In this document: in pieces, positions 49,123 through 61,242 of the stretch | Numbering within the stretch: the first letter of the stretch is position 1 | How the letters are laid out: every line of letters starts with the position of its first letter | Origin: Eledone cirrhosa | Taxonomy: Eukaryota | NCBI GenBank assembly: GCA_964016885.1 | Contig: OZ024741.1 | Span: forward strand, 47,430,001-47,494,000 | Length of the DNA stretch: 64,000 nucleotides | Reading direction: 5' to 3' | Program-made: the position numbers and the translations under genes | The notes under the pieces: model-generated | Seen by the model: only the letters and a program-made list of their open reading frames with translations | What the model was told of the DNA's origin: nothing | Database searches by the model: none

Positions 49123-51943
49123 TAGAACTACTGTGACATTAATATCTGCATACGCGCCCCAATCCGGACTTCCTGGCGCTATAAAAGACAGATTCTATGA
49201 GACACTGATGCTCACTACCTCCCAAATAACCGACAGTGACTATATAATTATTGCTGGCGACCTAAATGGTCACGTTGGACAACATTGTGACGGCTATGAC
49301 GGAATCCACGGAGGCTATGGGTTTGGTACTAGAAACGAGGAAGGCTCCAGAATCCTGGCATTCTGTGATGCAAATAACCTAACTATCTGTAACACTAACT
49401 TCAAAAAACGAGACAATCACTTGATCACCTACAGATCAGGGGAACATACCAGCCAGGTAGATTATATCCTTACCAGAAGACGTGACAGAGTGTCTGTAGT
49501 AAACACTAAATCCCTCCCCCATGAAGAATGCACCTCCCAACATAGAGTGATAATTAGCGACCTCATAGTCAGGACGAGACGTACTAGACAGCAGAAGAGG
49601 ACTATCCTCAGGAGAAAAATATGGAAGCTAAAGGATCCCACAGCCAGAAATAAATTTAAAAGCATATTACTTGATGCTTTCGACAGTAAGGAAGAGCAAT
49701 TAGAGTCGTACAATATAGAGGAACAGTGGGAATTCCTGAAAGCAAACCTGCTGATGGCGGCGGACGAAGTCTGTGGCTGGAGCAGGCCTGTAGGCAGGAG
49801 GAGAGTAACATGGTGGTGGAACAGTAAGGTGGAGGAGTCAATTAAGGCCAAAAAGCAGGCTTGGAAAGTATGGCGGGATGGGGGAAGTAGAGAAGACTAT
49901 CAAGTGGCCAGGAGGGAAGCTAGGAGACAAGTGTACTTCGCAAGAAGGGAAGCAGAGGAAAGAAATTTCAAGCATGTTCTACTACGCGAGGACCAAAAAC
50001 GTGAGGTGTTCAGGATTGCTAGGCAATGTGTCAAGGAAAACCGTGATATTGTCGGGGAGAAGTGTGTACTTAATGATGATGGCGTACTTGCCATCACTGA
50101 CGCTGATAAGAAGGTAGCTTGGAAGTGTCACTACGAAAGGCTACTAGATGAGGAGAATAAATGGGAGAAAGACAGTCTCCCCCACATCGACCCAATAGAG
50201 GGACCAGCAGTGTTAGTCGAAGGTAGTATAATAAGTAAGGCAATCAAAGATATGAAGACAGGTAAGGCGGCCGGGCCTTCGGAAATAGTTGCTGAGATGC
50301 TGAAAGCCTCTGGAACGGTGGGACACACCATGGTCACCCGGATAGTAAACCAAGTCATACAGAATGGGGTTGTTCCGAAGGACTGGCATAGCAGCATCAT
50401 CATTAACTGCTACAAGGGTAAAGGAGACGCCCTAGATAGGAGTAACTATAGAGGCATTAAATTAATCGACCAGGTCATGAAGGTCACGGAAAAAGTAATA
50501 GCGCAACTAATCAGAGAGAGAATTGATCTAGATGAAATGCAGTTCGGGTTTGTGTCAGGCAAAAGTACCACAGACGCTCTTTTCATTGTACGACAACTAC
50601 AGGAGAAGTACCTAGCTAAAAGTAAACCCCTATACTTAGCTTTTGTCGACTTGGAGAAAGCCTTCGACAGAGTCCTCCGTTCCATTATCTGGTGGGCTCT
50701 TAGAAAACTAGGTGTTGATGAATGGCTTGTGAGAGCTATACAAGCCATGTATAAAGAAACAGTCAGCAAGGTTAGAATTAACAATGAATATAGTGAAGAG
50801 TTTAGCGTAAAAGTTGGTGTTCATCAGGGCTCTGTTCTTAGCCCCTACTATTTATTATTGCCCTTCAGGCTATAACAGTGGAGTTCAAGACCGGCTGCCC
50901 ATGGGAACTCCTATACTCAGATGATCTACCGCTCATAGCTGAATCAAAGGCCGAGCTAGAGAAGAAATTCCAAACATGGAAGCACGGCCTAAAATCAAAA
51001 GGCCTTAAAATTAACCTGGCTAAGACTAAAGTTCTAGTTTGTAGGAAAGAAAATAAGGCTCTGGTGCAATAAGTAGCAGCAAGTGCCCACAAAATACTAA
51101 CTCTTTCAATTGCGCAGAGGGCTCTATAGAAATAGTGGACAGCTTCCGTTACCTGGGTGACAAAATCAGCAGTGGTGGAGGGTGCTCGGAAAGTACAGTA
51201 GCTAGAGTCAGAACTGGATGGAAAAAGTTCAGAGAGCTTATACCACTATTAGCCGCTAAAGGGTTCTCCCTAAAAATGAAAGGCAGGCTGTATGATGCCT
51301 GCATACGAACAGCAATGTTGCATGGCAGTGAGACTTGGGCATTGTGTGCAGAGGATATACGCAGACTAGAGAGGAACGAAGTTTGCATGAAAGACGACAG
51401 CTGTATAAAAAAGTGCAAGGCAATAAAGATAGACGGTAGCCACGGAGTAGGCAGACCCAGAAAAACCTGGGACGACCTGATAAATTCAGACCTCACACAC
51501 ATCTCTCCAAGACAATGTCACTGGACCGAGATCTTTGGCGGTACTCAGTAATAGAGAAGACCCGCCTTGCCTAAATACAAAGTAAAACCTACTACAGTCA
51601 GTAGGCACCTCTAACAAAATACACCCCCGTCCCATCCACAGTGCCCCTTTCAATGTAAAGTTATGTTGGTGCCACAACATCCAGGCTGAAACAAATGAGA
51701 TCGTGTAGGTGTCGCGACAAGAAAACACACAGTCCACGCTGAAATGTGGCCGTGTAGGCAACACGGTAAAAACCTCCCAGTCCCACACTGTAAAAATGGT
51801 TGGTGTTAGGAACGGCATCCAGCTGTAGAAAACCTGCCAGACTCCTATGCGAGCAAGACAACCACTCGTGCCTCAAGTGGGAAAACTCCCATCCAAACCC
51901 ATGCAAGCGTGGAACATGGACGTTAAACGATGATGATGATGAT
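49123..51943 (+). mobile_element. RTE-A, 5'-truncated, two internal deletions
   Basis: 593-aa ORF 49094..50875 (APE + RT N-terminal half); YSDD; PHD segment missing; (GAT)n tail. Confidence 0.96.
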
Positions 51944-51994
51944 ATTTATTTATATACATATATATTTATATATAAAAATATATATTTATATATA

Positions 51995-52569
51995 AAAAAC
52001 AAGAGAAGAATGAATACTGCGTGGTTGCACATGGGTTACATATGATAAAAATAGTCCTTCATCAGTGATTTTCCAACCTTCATATTTCATATATACCTCC
52101 AGTTGGTGCGCAGCAATAGCTAAATAAAGCTATTGGGACAAGTAAATCACATAAAGCGAGCGAGACAAGTAAACAAACATAGAAGGATAGCAACGCAAAG
52201 ATAGGAAAAAACAAGCACATGGGAGTCCGGTCAGCTTAAACTGTGTGGATTTCATGGGCGAGAGACAACAGACCGTGCGACGCGAGTGAGGTGTGAGCAG
52301 GAAAGGACCCCACTTCAGACCAAATGGGAGGAAGTGAGAAGGGGAGAAGCAGAGAGTGAGTGAGTGGAAGTGCGAGGAAGAGGCCAGTCGAGAGAAAGTG
52401 TAACTCACAGAGGGGGCGAAAGAAGGTGAGAGAAACAGAGAGAGGGGGGAAGCAGTAAGAGAGAAACAGACAAACGCAGTTGGGGAAAATATATATAAAA
52501 AACATGAGAAGAATGAATACTGCGTGGTTGCACATGGGTTACATATGATAAAAATAGTCCTTCATCAGT
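51995..52569 (-). mobile_element. Probable Penelope-like remnant bounded by ~70 bp direct repeats
   Basis: gagaagaatgaatactgcgtggttgcacatgggttacatatgataaaaatagtccttcatcagt at ~52002 and ~52507; minus-strand CTGATGAAGGAC. Confidence 0.45.
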
Positions 52570-52588
52570 ATATTTGTATGTATATATA

Positions 52589-52632
<44 letters not shown>

Positions 52633-52681
52633 TGTTCTGTTATTAATCTGGCAATATTACACATTATATATATATATATAT

Positions 52682-53020
52682 GGAGGCACATGGCTTAGTG
52701 GTTAGAGCATTGGCCTTGCAATCGAAAGGTTGCGAGTTCAATTCTCAGACCAGGTGATGTGTTGTTTCCTTGAGCAAGACACTTTATTTCACATTGCTCC
52801 AGTTTACTCAGCTGTAGAAATGAGATGATAGGGACTGGGGTCCCTATCATTCCACTGCAAAGTGGTCGTGGAGGTGCCACGGCAAAAAATCACCCAGCAC
52901 TCACTGTAAATGAGGTTGGTGTTAGGAAGGGCATCCAGCTGTAGAAATCAAGCCAGAATCAGTTCCCGTCCCACCCTTGCAAGCAGGGAAAAAGCAGACG
53001 TAAAATGAAATGATGATGAT
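52682..53020 (+). mobile_element. SINE family A, full copy
   Basis: A-box tggcttagtgg, B-box gagttcaattc, ccttgagcaagacac core, RTE-derived tail, (GAT)n. Confidence 0.93.
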
Positions 53021-53053
53021 TTATTTATATATATATTTATATATTTATATATA

Positions 53054-54332
53054 TAGAGAAGAAATTCCAAACATGGAAGCACAGCCTAGAATCAAAAGGC
53101 CTTAAAATTAACCTAGCTAAGACTAAAGTTCTAGTTTGTAAGAAAGAAAATAAGGCGGCGGTCCCCTCCGGGAAGTGGCCATGCGCAGAGTGTAGGAAAG
53201 GCGTAGGTAGAAATTCCATTTTGTGTCCCAAATGCAAAGTTTGGGTGCATAAAAGATGTAGTGGGATCACAGGTAAGCTAACTAAGAACATAGATTTTAC
53301 ATGTGGCCGGTGTTCTGGGGATATAAGTAGCAGCAAGTGCCCACAAAATACTAGCTCTTTCAACTGCGCAGAGGGTTCTATAGAAATAGTGGACAGCTTC
53401 CGTTACCTGGGTGACAAAATCAGCAGTAGGGGAGGGTGCTCTGAAAGTACAGTAGCTAGAGTCAGAACTGGGTGGAAAAAGTTCAGAGAGCTTATACCAC
53501 TATTAGCTGCTAAAGGGTTCTCCCTAAAAATGAAAGGCAGGCTGTACGATGCCTGCATACGAACAGCAATGTTGCATGGCAGTGAGACCTGGGCATTGTG
53601 TGCAGAGGATATACGCAGACTAGAGAGAAACGAAGCTTGCATGCTCCGCTGGATGTGTAATAGTAATATACGTGAACGACAAAGCATAAACGAACTAAGG
53701 AAAAAATTAGAAATAAGAGGGATCAGATGTTGTTTACTAGAGAGAAGGCTACGTTGGTATGGTCACGTGATGCGCATGAAGGATGATAGCTGTATAACAA
53801 AGTGCAGGGCAATAAAGATAGACGGTAGCCACGGAATAGGCAGATCCAGAAAAACCTGGGACGAGCTGATAAACACCGACCTCACACACTTACACCTCAC
53901 CAAGACAATGTCACTGGACCGAGACCTTTGGCGGTACTCAGTAATAGAGAAGACCCGCCTTGCCAGTAGGCATCTCTAACAAAATACACCCCGTCCCACC
54001 ACCACAACCCCCACCCCATCCACACCACCCCGTTCTATGTAAAGTTATGTTGGTGCCGCGCCATCCAGGCCGAAACAAATGAGATCGTGTAGGTGTCACG
54101 ACAAAAAAACACACAGTCCACGCTGTAATGTGGCCGTGTAGGCAACACGGTAAAAACCTCCCAGACCCACACTGTAAATGTGGTTGGTGTTAGGAAGGGC
54201 ATCCAACTGTAGAAAACCTGCCAGACAGTCCTATGCGAGCAAGAAAATCACTCTTGCCTCAAATGGGACTACCCCCGTCCAAACCCATGCAAGCGTGGAA
54301 CACGGACGTTAAACGTTGATGATGATGATGAT
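53054..54332 (+). mobile_element. RTE-A, 5'-truncated
   Basis: ORF 53221..53979, 3' UTR and (GAT)n tail. Confidence 0.95.
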
Positions 54333-54337
54333 ATATA

Positions 54338-55150
54338 TTAAATAAAAGTCAAATGATTAAAATTTAGCTTCGTTTATTACTGCTGGGCGGTGTTCTTCCA
54401 TATACATGGAAGAACACCCCCACCACCACCACCACGAGGGTGGCAGGAGGGATGAAGAAAAAACACAAACTGGATACTTCTAAATTGTTAGCAGCAGCAA
54501 GATATAAGCTGACCACTACACCAACATCAGTCCCAAAATAATGGTTGAGGTCAAATGTACTGAACAATAGCAGGCAAAAGCACTACAGGGTGCCTCACCC
54601 CAGAAAGAATTCTATAGACTTCTGACTGAGGAATGCTCTCTCAGAACTGACCAATGGGAAGTTTGACACTTTTTTTGTTATTTTGTTCCTTTAACACCTT
54701 GTCCCTTCTACCATTTTATCAATTTTTAAGCCAACACCAACAATAACCACTTAGAATGAGGAATGTTCTAATAACTGACCAATGAGAGGAGAAGAGGACC
54801 TTTGACACTGAAATTCGTTTGTTTGAATTCATATGACTCCAGTTCCTCAGTGAATTAACAACCCAACAAGGAACTGGGCATATCAGAGTATTGGCAATAT
54901 TATACACCTAAACAACATATGTACTTGTCTATACCATACTAATTCAAACTGCCTGAAGAGGTGTCACTGAAATATATATGGCTGTCACTGAAATATATAT
55001 AGCAGTAATAAACGAAGCTAAATTTTAATCATTTGACTTTTATTTAACTTTATTTTACACTACTCCGGAGTAACCAAACCAACCTGCGCACTTCGTCGAG
55101 TGTTCCAGCCTGCATACTGAGGTGTTGGTATACAACCAACATAAACTCAA
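54338..55150 (+). mobile_element. Penelope-like remnant with an inverted 5' piece and hammerhead-like motif
   Basis: 54338-54384 is the reverse complement of ~55001-55047. actgc-CTGAAGA..GAAATATATATA-gcagt at 54948-55006. Confidence 0.55.
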
Positions 55151-55170
55151 AATATTTATTTATATATTTT

Positions 55171-56753
55171 GATGCCCTCTTCCTTGTGAGGCAATTACAG
55201 GAAAAGTACCTAGCTAAAAGTAAGCCACTCTACTTGGCATTTGTCGACCTTGAGAAAGCCTTTGACAGAGTTCCACGTGCTGTAATCTGGTGGGCTCTTA
55301 GAAAACTAGGAGTCGATGAATGGCTTGTGAAAGCGGTACAAGCCATGTATAGGGGAGCAGTCAGCAAAGTTAGGATTAGCAATGAGTATAGCGAGGAATT
55401 TAGCGTACAGGTTGGGGTCCACCAGGGCTCTGTTCTTAGCCCTCTCCTGTTCATCATAGTCCTGCAGGCAATAATGGAGGAGTTTAAGACCGGATGCCCA
55501 TGGGAACTCCTGTATGCAGATGACCTCGCACTCATAGCTGAATCTATGGTAGAACTAGAGAATAAATTCCAAACTTGGAAGCAGGGACTAGAAAGAAAGG
55601 GTCTCAAAGTCAACATGACAAAGACTAAGGTCCTTGTAAGTAGACGAGAAAACAGAACCCAGATCCCCTCAGGGAAATGGCCTTGCTCAGTATGTAGGAA
55701 AGGTGTAGGTAGGAACTCCATTCTCTGCCCCAAATGCAAACAATGGGTACACAAGAGATGTAGCGGGATCTCAGGAAGCTTAATTAAGAATGTAGGATTC
55801 ACATGCAGCAGCAAACAGCCACAGGAAACAAGTACCACCAATCTCTGGGAGGGCCCTGTAGAAACAGTAGACAGCTTCTGCTACCTAGGTGACCGAATTA
55901 GCAGCGGAGGTGGGTGTTCAAAAAGTACAATAACTAGGGTAAGAACGGGATGGAAGAAGTTTAGGGAGCTACTACCACTGCTAGCTGCAAAAGGCTTCTC
56001 CCTCAGAATGAAAGGCAGACTGTATGATGCGTGTATCCGAACAGCAATGTTGCATGGTAGTGAGACCTGGGCGCTGAAGGTGGAAGACTTGCGTAGATTA
56101 GAGAGAAACGAAGCCTGCATGCTCCGATGGATGTGTAACAGTAATATACGTGAACGACAAAGCATAAATGAATTGAGAGAGAGACTGAGCATAAGAGGAA
56201 TCAAATGCTGTGTGCCGGAGAGGCGGTTGCGCTGGTATGGACATGTGATGCGTATGAAGGATGACAGCTGCATAAAAAGGTGCAGAGCACTAGAAGTTGA
56301 TGGAAACCGCGGAGTGGGGAGACCCAAGATGACCTGGGATGAGGTGATAAAAGCCGACCTTACCCAATTGCACCTCTCAAAGACAATGACACACGACCGT
56401 GACTTCTGGCGTCACGCAGTAATACAGAGTACCCGACCTCCCATGGGTACAAGCTGAAGCATATAGACAATATACCCCCACACCCCCCACCGCAAGGTGG
56501 TCGTGGAGGTGCCACGGCAAAAAAGCACCCAGCCCACACTGTAAAGTGGACGTGTAGGCGCCACGAAAAAGCACCCAGCACTCACTGTAAATGAGGTTGG
56601 TGTTAGGAAGGGCATCCAGCTGTAGAAATCAAGCCAAATCAGTTCCTGTATGAGCAAGGCATGGTCAGCCGACCAGACACTGCCCACAACAGGACAACCC
56701 GTCTAACCCATGCTAGCGTGGAAGAACGGACGTAAAACGGTGATGATGATGAT
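55171..56753 (+). mobile_element. RTE-B, 5'-truncated, with uninterrupted 423-aa RT C-terminal ORF
   Basis: FVDLEKAFD, HQGSVLSPLLF, YADD, YLG; 3' UTR and (GAT)n tail. Confidence 0.96.
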
Positions 56754-56844
56754 TTATATATATTTATATATATATATTTATATATATATTTATATATTTA
56801 TATATATATATATATTTATATATATTTATATATATACGATATAT

Positions 56845-57163
56845 GGAGGCACATGGCTTAGTGGTTAGAGCATTGGCCTTGCAATCAAAAGGTGAGTTCA
56901 ATTCTCAGACCGGGTGATGTGTTGTTTCCTTGAGCAAGACACTTATTTTACATTGCTTCAGTTTACTCAGCTGTAGAAATGAGATGATAGGGACTGGGGT
57001 CTCTATCATTCCACTGCAAAGTGGTCGTGTAGGTGCCACGGCAAAAAAGCATCCAGCACTCACTGTAAATGAGGTTGGTGTTAGGAAGGGCATCCAGCTG
57101 TAGAAATCAAGCCAGAATCAGTTCCCGTCCCACCCTTGCAAGCAGGGAAAAAGCGGACGTGAA

Positions 57164-57195
<32 letters not shown>
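56845..57195 (+). mobile_element. SINE family A, full copy with TSD
   Basis: Flanked by atacgatat on both sides; long (GAT)n tail. Confidence 0.93.
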
Positions 57196-57545
57196 ACGAT
57201 ATTAAATAAATGGAAACTATATTTATAAAACCATATTTATTTCATTATACATATTTCAGGGATACCAAATTAAAACATGGTATGCCTTCATCAGACAAAA
57301 TACAATATATAAACAGTTTTATAAATAATTTTGACGTACCCTATTAGATGCGACCATTATTTTTGGAAGCTGTCTGGATAGTGAGATGTTTATAATTATT
57401 TTATTAGTTATAGTGTTAAGGACAGTTAGAAAAAAGACGGAGAGAAAGAAAAAACGGAGAGAGAGAAGAGGAATGGAAATTTATATATTTATATATATAT
57501 ATATATTTTTATATATATTTATATATTTATATATATATATATATA

Positions 57546-60407
57546 TATCTGTAACACTAACTTCAAAAAACGTGACAATCACCTGATCACCTATAGATCC
57601 GGGGAACACACAAGCGAGGTAGATTATATCCTTACCAGAAGACGTGACAGAGTGTCTGTTGTAAACACTAAATCCCTCCCCCATGAAGAATGCACCTCCC
57701 AACATAGACTGATAATTAGCGACCTCATAGTCAGGACGAGACGTACTCGACAGCAGAAGAGGACTATCCTCAGGAGAAAAATATGGAAGCTAAAGGACCC
57801 CACAGCCAGAAATAAATTTCAAAGCATATTACTTGATGCTTTCGACAGTAAGGAAGAGCATTTAGAGTCGGACAATATAGAGGGACAGTGGGAATTTCTG
57901 AAAGCAAACCTGCTGATGGCGACAGACGAAGTCTGTGGCTGGAGCAGGCCTGTAGGCAGGAGGAGAGTAACATGGTGGTGGAACAGTAGGGTGGAGGGGT
58001 CAATTAAGGCCAAAAAGCAGGCTTGGAAAGTATGGCGGGATGGGGGAAGTAGAGAAGACTATCAAGTGGCTAGGAGGGAGGCTAGGAGACAAGTGTACTT
58101 CGCAAGAAGGGAAGCAGAGGAAAGAAAGTTCAAGCATGTTCTACAACGCGAGGACCAAAAACGTGAGGTGTTCAGGATTGCTAGGCAATGTGTCAAGGAA
58201 AACCGTGATATTGTCGGGGAGAAGTGTGTACTTAATGATGACGGCGTACTTGCCATCACTGACGCTGATAAGAAGGTAGCTTGGAAGTGCCACTATGAAA
58301 GGCTACTAAATGAGGAGAATAAATGGGAGAAAGACAGTCTCCCCCACATTGACCCAATAGAAGGACCAGCAGTGTTAGTCGAGGGTAGTATAATAAGTAA
58401 GGCAATCAAGGATATGAAGACGGGTAAGGCGGCTGGGCCTTCGGAAATAGTTGCTGAGATGCTGAAGGCATCTGGCTCGGTGGGACACACCTTGGTCACC
58501 CGGATAGTTAACCAAGTCGTACAGAATGGGGTTGTTCCGAAGGACCGGCATAGCAGCATCATCGTTAACTGTTATAAGGGTAAAGGAGACGCCCTAGATA
58601 GGAGTAACTATAGAGGCATTAAACTAATCGACCAGGTCATGAAGGTCACGGAAAAAGTAATAGCGCAACTAATCAGAGAGAATTGACCTAGATGAAATGC
58701 AGTTCGGGTTTGTGTCAGGCAAAAGTACCACAGACGCTCTTTTCATTGTACGTCAACTACAGGAGAAGTACCTAGCTAAAGGTCAACCCCTCCACTTAGC
58801 TTTTGTCGACTTGGAGAAAGCCTTCGACAGAGTCCCCCGTTCCATTATCTGGTGGGCCCTTAGAAAACTAGGTGTCGACGAATGGCTTGTGAGAGCTATA
58901 CAAGCCATGTATAAAGAAACAGTCAGCAAGGTTAGAATTAACAACGAATATAGTGAAGAGTTTAGCGTAAAAGTTGGCGTCCATCAGGGCTCTGTTCTCA
59001 GCCCCCTACTATTTATTATTGCCCTTCAGGCTATAACAGAGGAGTTCAAGACCGGCTGCCCATGGGAACTCCTATACGCAGACGACCTGACACTCATAGC
59101 TGAATCAATGGCCGGGCTAGAGAAGAAATTCCAAACATCGAAGCAAGGCCTAGAATCAAAAGGCCTTAAAATTAACCTGGCTAAGACTAAAGTTCTAGTT
59201 TGTAGGAAAGAAAATAAGGCGGCGGTCCCTTCCGGGAAATGACCATGCTCAGTGTGTAGGAAAGGCGTAGGTAGAAACTCCATTTTATGTCCCAAATGCA
59301 AAGTATGGGTGCATAAAAGATGTAGTGGGATCACAGGTAAGCTAACTAAGAACTTAGATTTTACATGTGGGCGGTGCTCTGGTGCAATAAGTAGCAGCGA
59401 GTGCCCACAAAATACTAACTCTTTCAATTGCGCAGAGGGCTCTATAGAAATAGTGGACAGCTTCCGTTACCTGGGTGACAAAATCAGCAGTGGGGGAGGG
59501 TGCTCTGAAAGTACAGTAGCTAGAGTCAGAACTGGATGGAAAAAGTTCAAAGAGCTTATACCACTATTAGCCGCTAAAGGGTTCTCCCTAAAAATGAAAG
59601 GCAGGTTGTATGATGCCTGCATACGAACAGCAATGTTGCATGGCAGTGAGACCTGGGCATTGTGCGCAGAGGATATACGCAGACTAGAGAGGAACGAAGC
59701 TTGCATGCTCCGCTGGATGTGTAATAGTAATATACGTGAACGGCAAAGCATAAACGAACTAAGGAAAAAATTAGAAATAAGAGGGATCAGATGTTGTTTA
59801 CTCGAGAGAAGGCTACGTTGGTACGGACACGTGATGCGCATGAAAGTCGATAACTGTATAACAAAGTGCAGGGCAATAAAGATAGACGGTAGCCACGGAA
59901 TAGGCAGACCTAGAAAATCCTGGGACGAGCTGATAAACTCCGACCTCACACACTTACACCTCTCCAAGACAATGTCACTGGACCGAGACCTTTGGCGGTA
60001 CTCAGTAATAGAGAAGACCCGCCTTACCTAAATACATAGTAAAACCTACTACAGCCATTAGGCATCTCTAACAACCTCGTCCCACCACTCCCATCCACAC
60101 CACCCCCTCCTATGTAAAGTTATGTTGGTGCCACAACATCCAGGCCGAAACAAATGAGATCGTGTAGGTGTCACGACAAAAAAACACACAGTCCACGCTG
60201 TAATGTGGCCGTGTAGGCAACACGGTAAAAACCTCCCAGTCCCACACTGTAAATGTGGTTGGTGTTAGGAAGGGCATCCAACTGTAGAAAACCTGCCAGA
60301 CAGTCCTATGCGAGCAAGACAATCACTCTTGCCTCAAGTGGGAATACCCCCGTCCAAACCCATGCAAGCGTGGAACACGGACGTTAAACGTTGATGATGA
60401 TGATGAT
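57546..60407 (+). mobile_element. RTE-A, 5'-truncated, few lesions
   Basis: ORFs 57652, 58697 and 59252 are separated by one frameshift and one stop; YADD intact. Confidence 0.96.
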
Positions 60408-60430
60408 TTATATATATATATATATATATT

Positions 60431-60668
60431 CTAAGGCGGGTAAAATTCCCGAGATCCATGGACGAGTTCTCTCCAGCGTTCTCTGTCCCTCATTATCGCT
60501 GCCATGTCCTGCGTCTCCAATAGACCAGTGTCTGTCCTTAGGGCATCAACATACGTTAACCTTGGTCTTCCTCTTCTAGTGTGTCCATGTAGGGGCTCCC
60601 AAAGGAGCACTGAGTGCAATGTCAACTCTGGATGTGGTGAGCATGTCCAGCCAACCTCAGTCTCCTCT
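60431..60668 (-). mobile_element. 3' fragment of a different RTE family
   Basis: HPELTLHSVLLWEPLHGHTRRGRPRLTYVDALRTDTG...MRDRERWR. Confidence 0.8.
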
Positions 60669-60691
60669 ATACATATATATATATATATAAT

Positions 60692-60852
60692 GAGGAAGAC
60701 CACGAAAAACATGGCCGAAGGTAGTGAGAGCAGACCTCAGATCGCTAAAGCTCACGGTGGAGATGACTAGGGACCGTGACAAGTGGAGAGATGCTGTGCT
60801 GAATAGGACCTGTCCCACCCTTGCAAGCAGGGAAAAGCGGACGTATGATGAT
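60692..60852 (+). mobile_element. RTE-C extreme 3' fragment
   Basis: Matches 32595-32760. Confidence 0.88.
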
Positions 60853-61014
60853 AGATAGATAGATATATATATAAATATACCATTCCCGTTTAACGTCCAT
60901 TTTCTATGCTAGCATGGGTTGTCCTATTTGAGGCAAGTCTTGCTCAAACAACCGATTTTGGCTTTTTTGTTGTGACACACCTCCACAACCCATTTACAGT
61001 GTCGGCTGGGTGCT

Positions 61015-61242
61015 TTAACCCTTTAGTATTCACATTATTTATATATATACTATTATATTTTAATGGTAAAGGCTTTAGCTCACATAATTATCACACATAA
61101 TATCAAATCTATGAGATTTTGAAAGTATTTATTTTGTAAACAATACCTTAACCTCAGTTTGAGCGACCAGTTACAGCCAGTTTTAACAGAAAGAGGTAGA
61201 GAATTCTGGCCGGTTTTGGCCGGTTTGAACACTAAAGGGTTA
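61015..61242. mobile_element. TTAA MITE family 1 (reverse orientation)
   Basis: ttaaccctttagtattca ... tgaacactaaagggtta. Confidence 0.8.

Noticed and set aside
49094-50875. Intact autonomous LINE or host gene (593-aa ORF)
   Set aside because: 5'-truncated (the ORF start is in a TA tract), frameshifted in RT, YSDD, internal deletions. No copy in the window is complete.
52682-52755. tRNA gene
   Set aside because: Has A/B-box-like motifs but no proper cloverleaf, and continues into a repeated SINE body found in many copies.
55230-56327. Long antisense ORFs over RTE copies
   Set aside because: Shadow frames of the RT coding strand that recur in each copy, with no recognisable domain.
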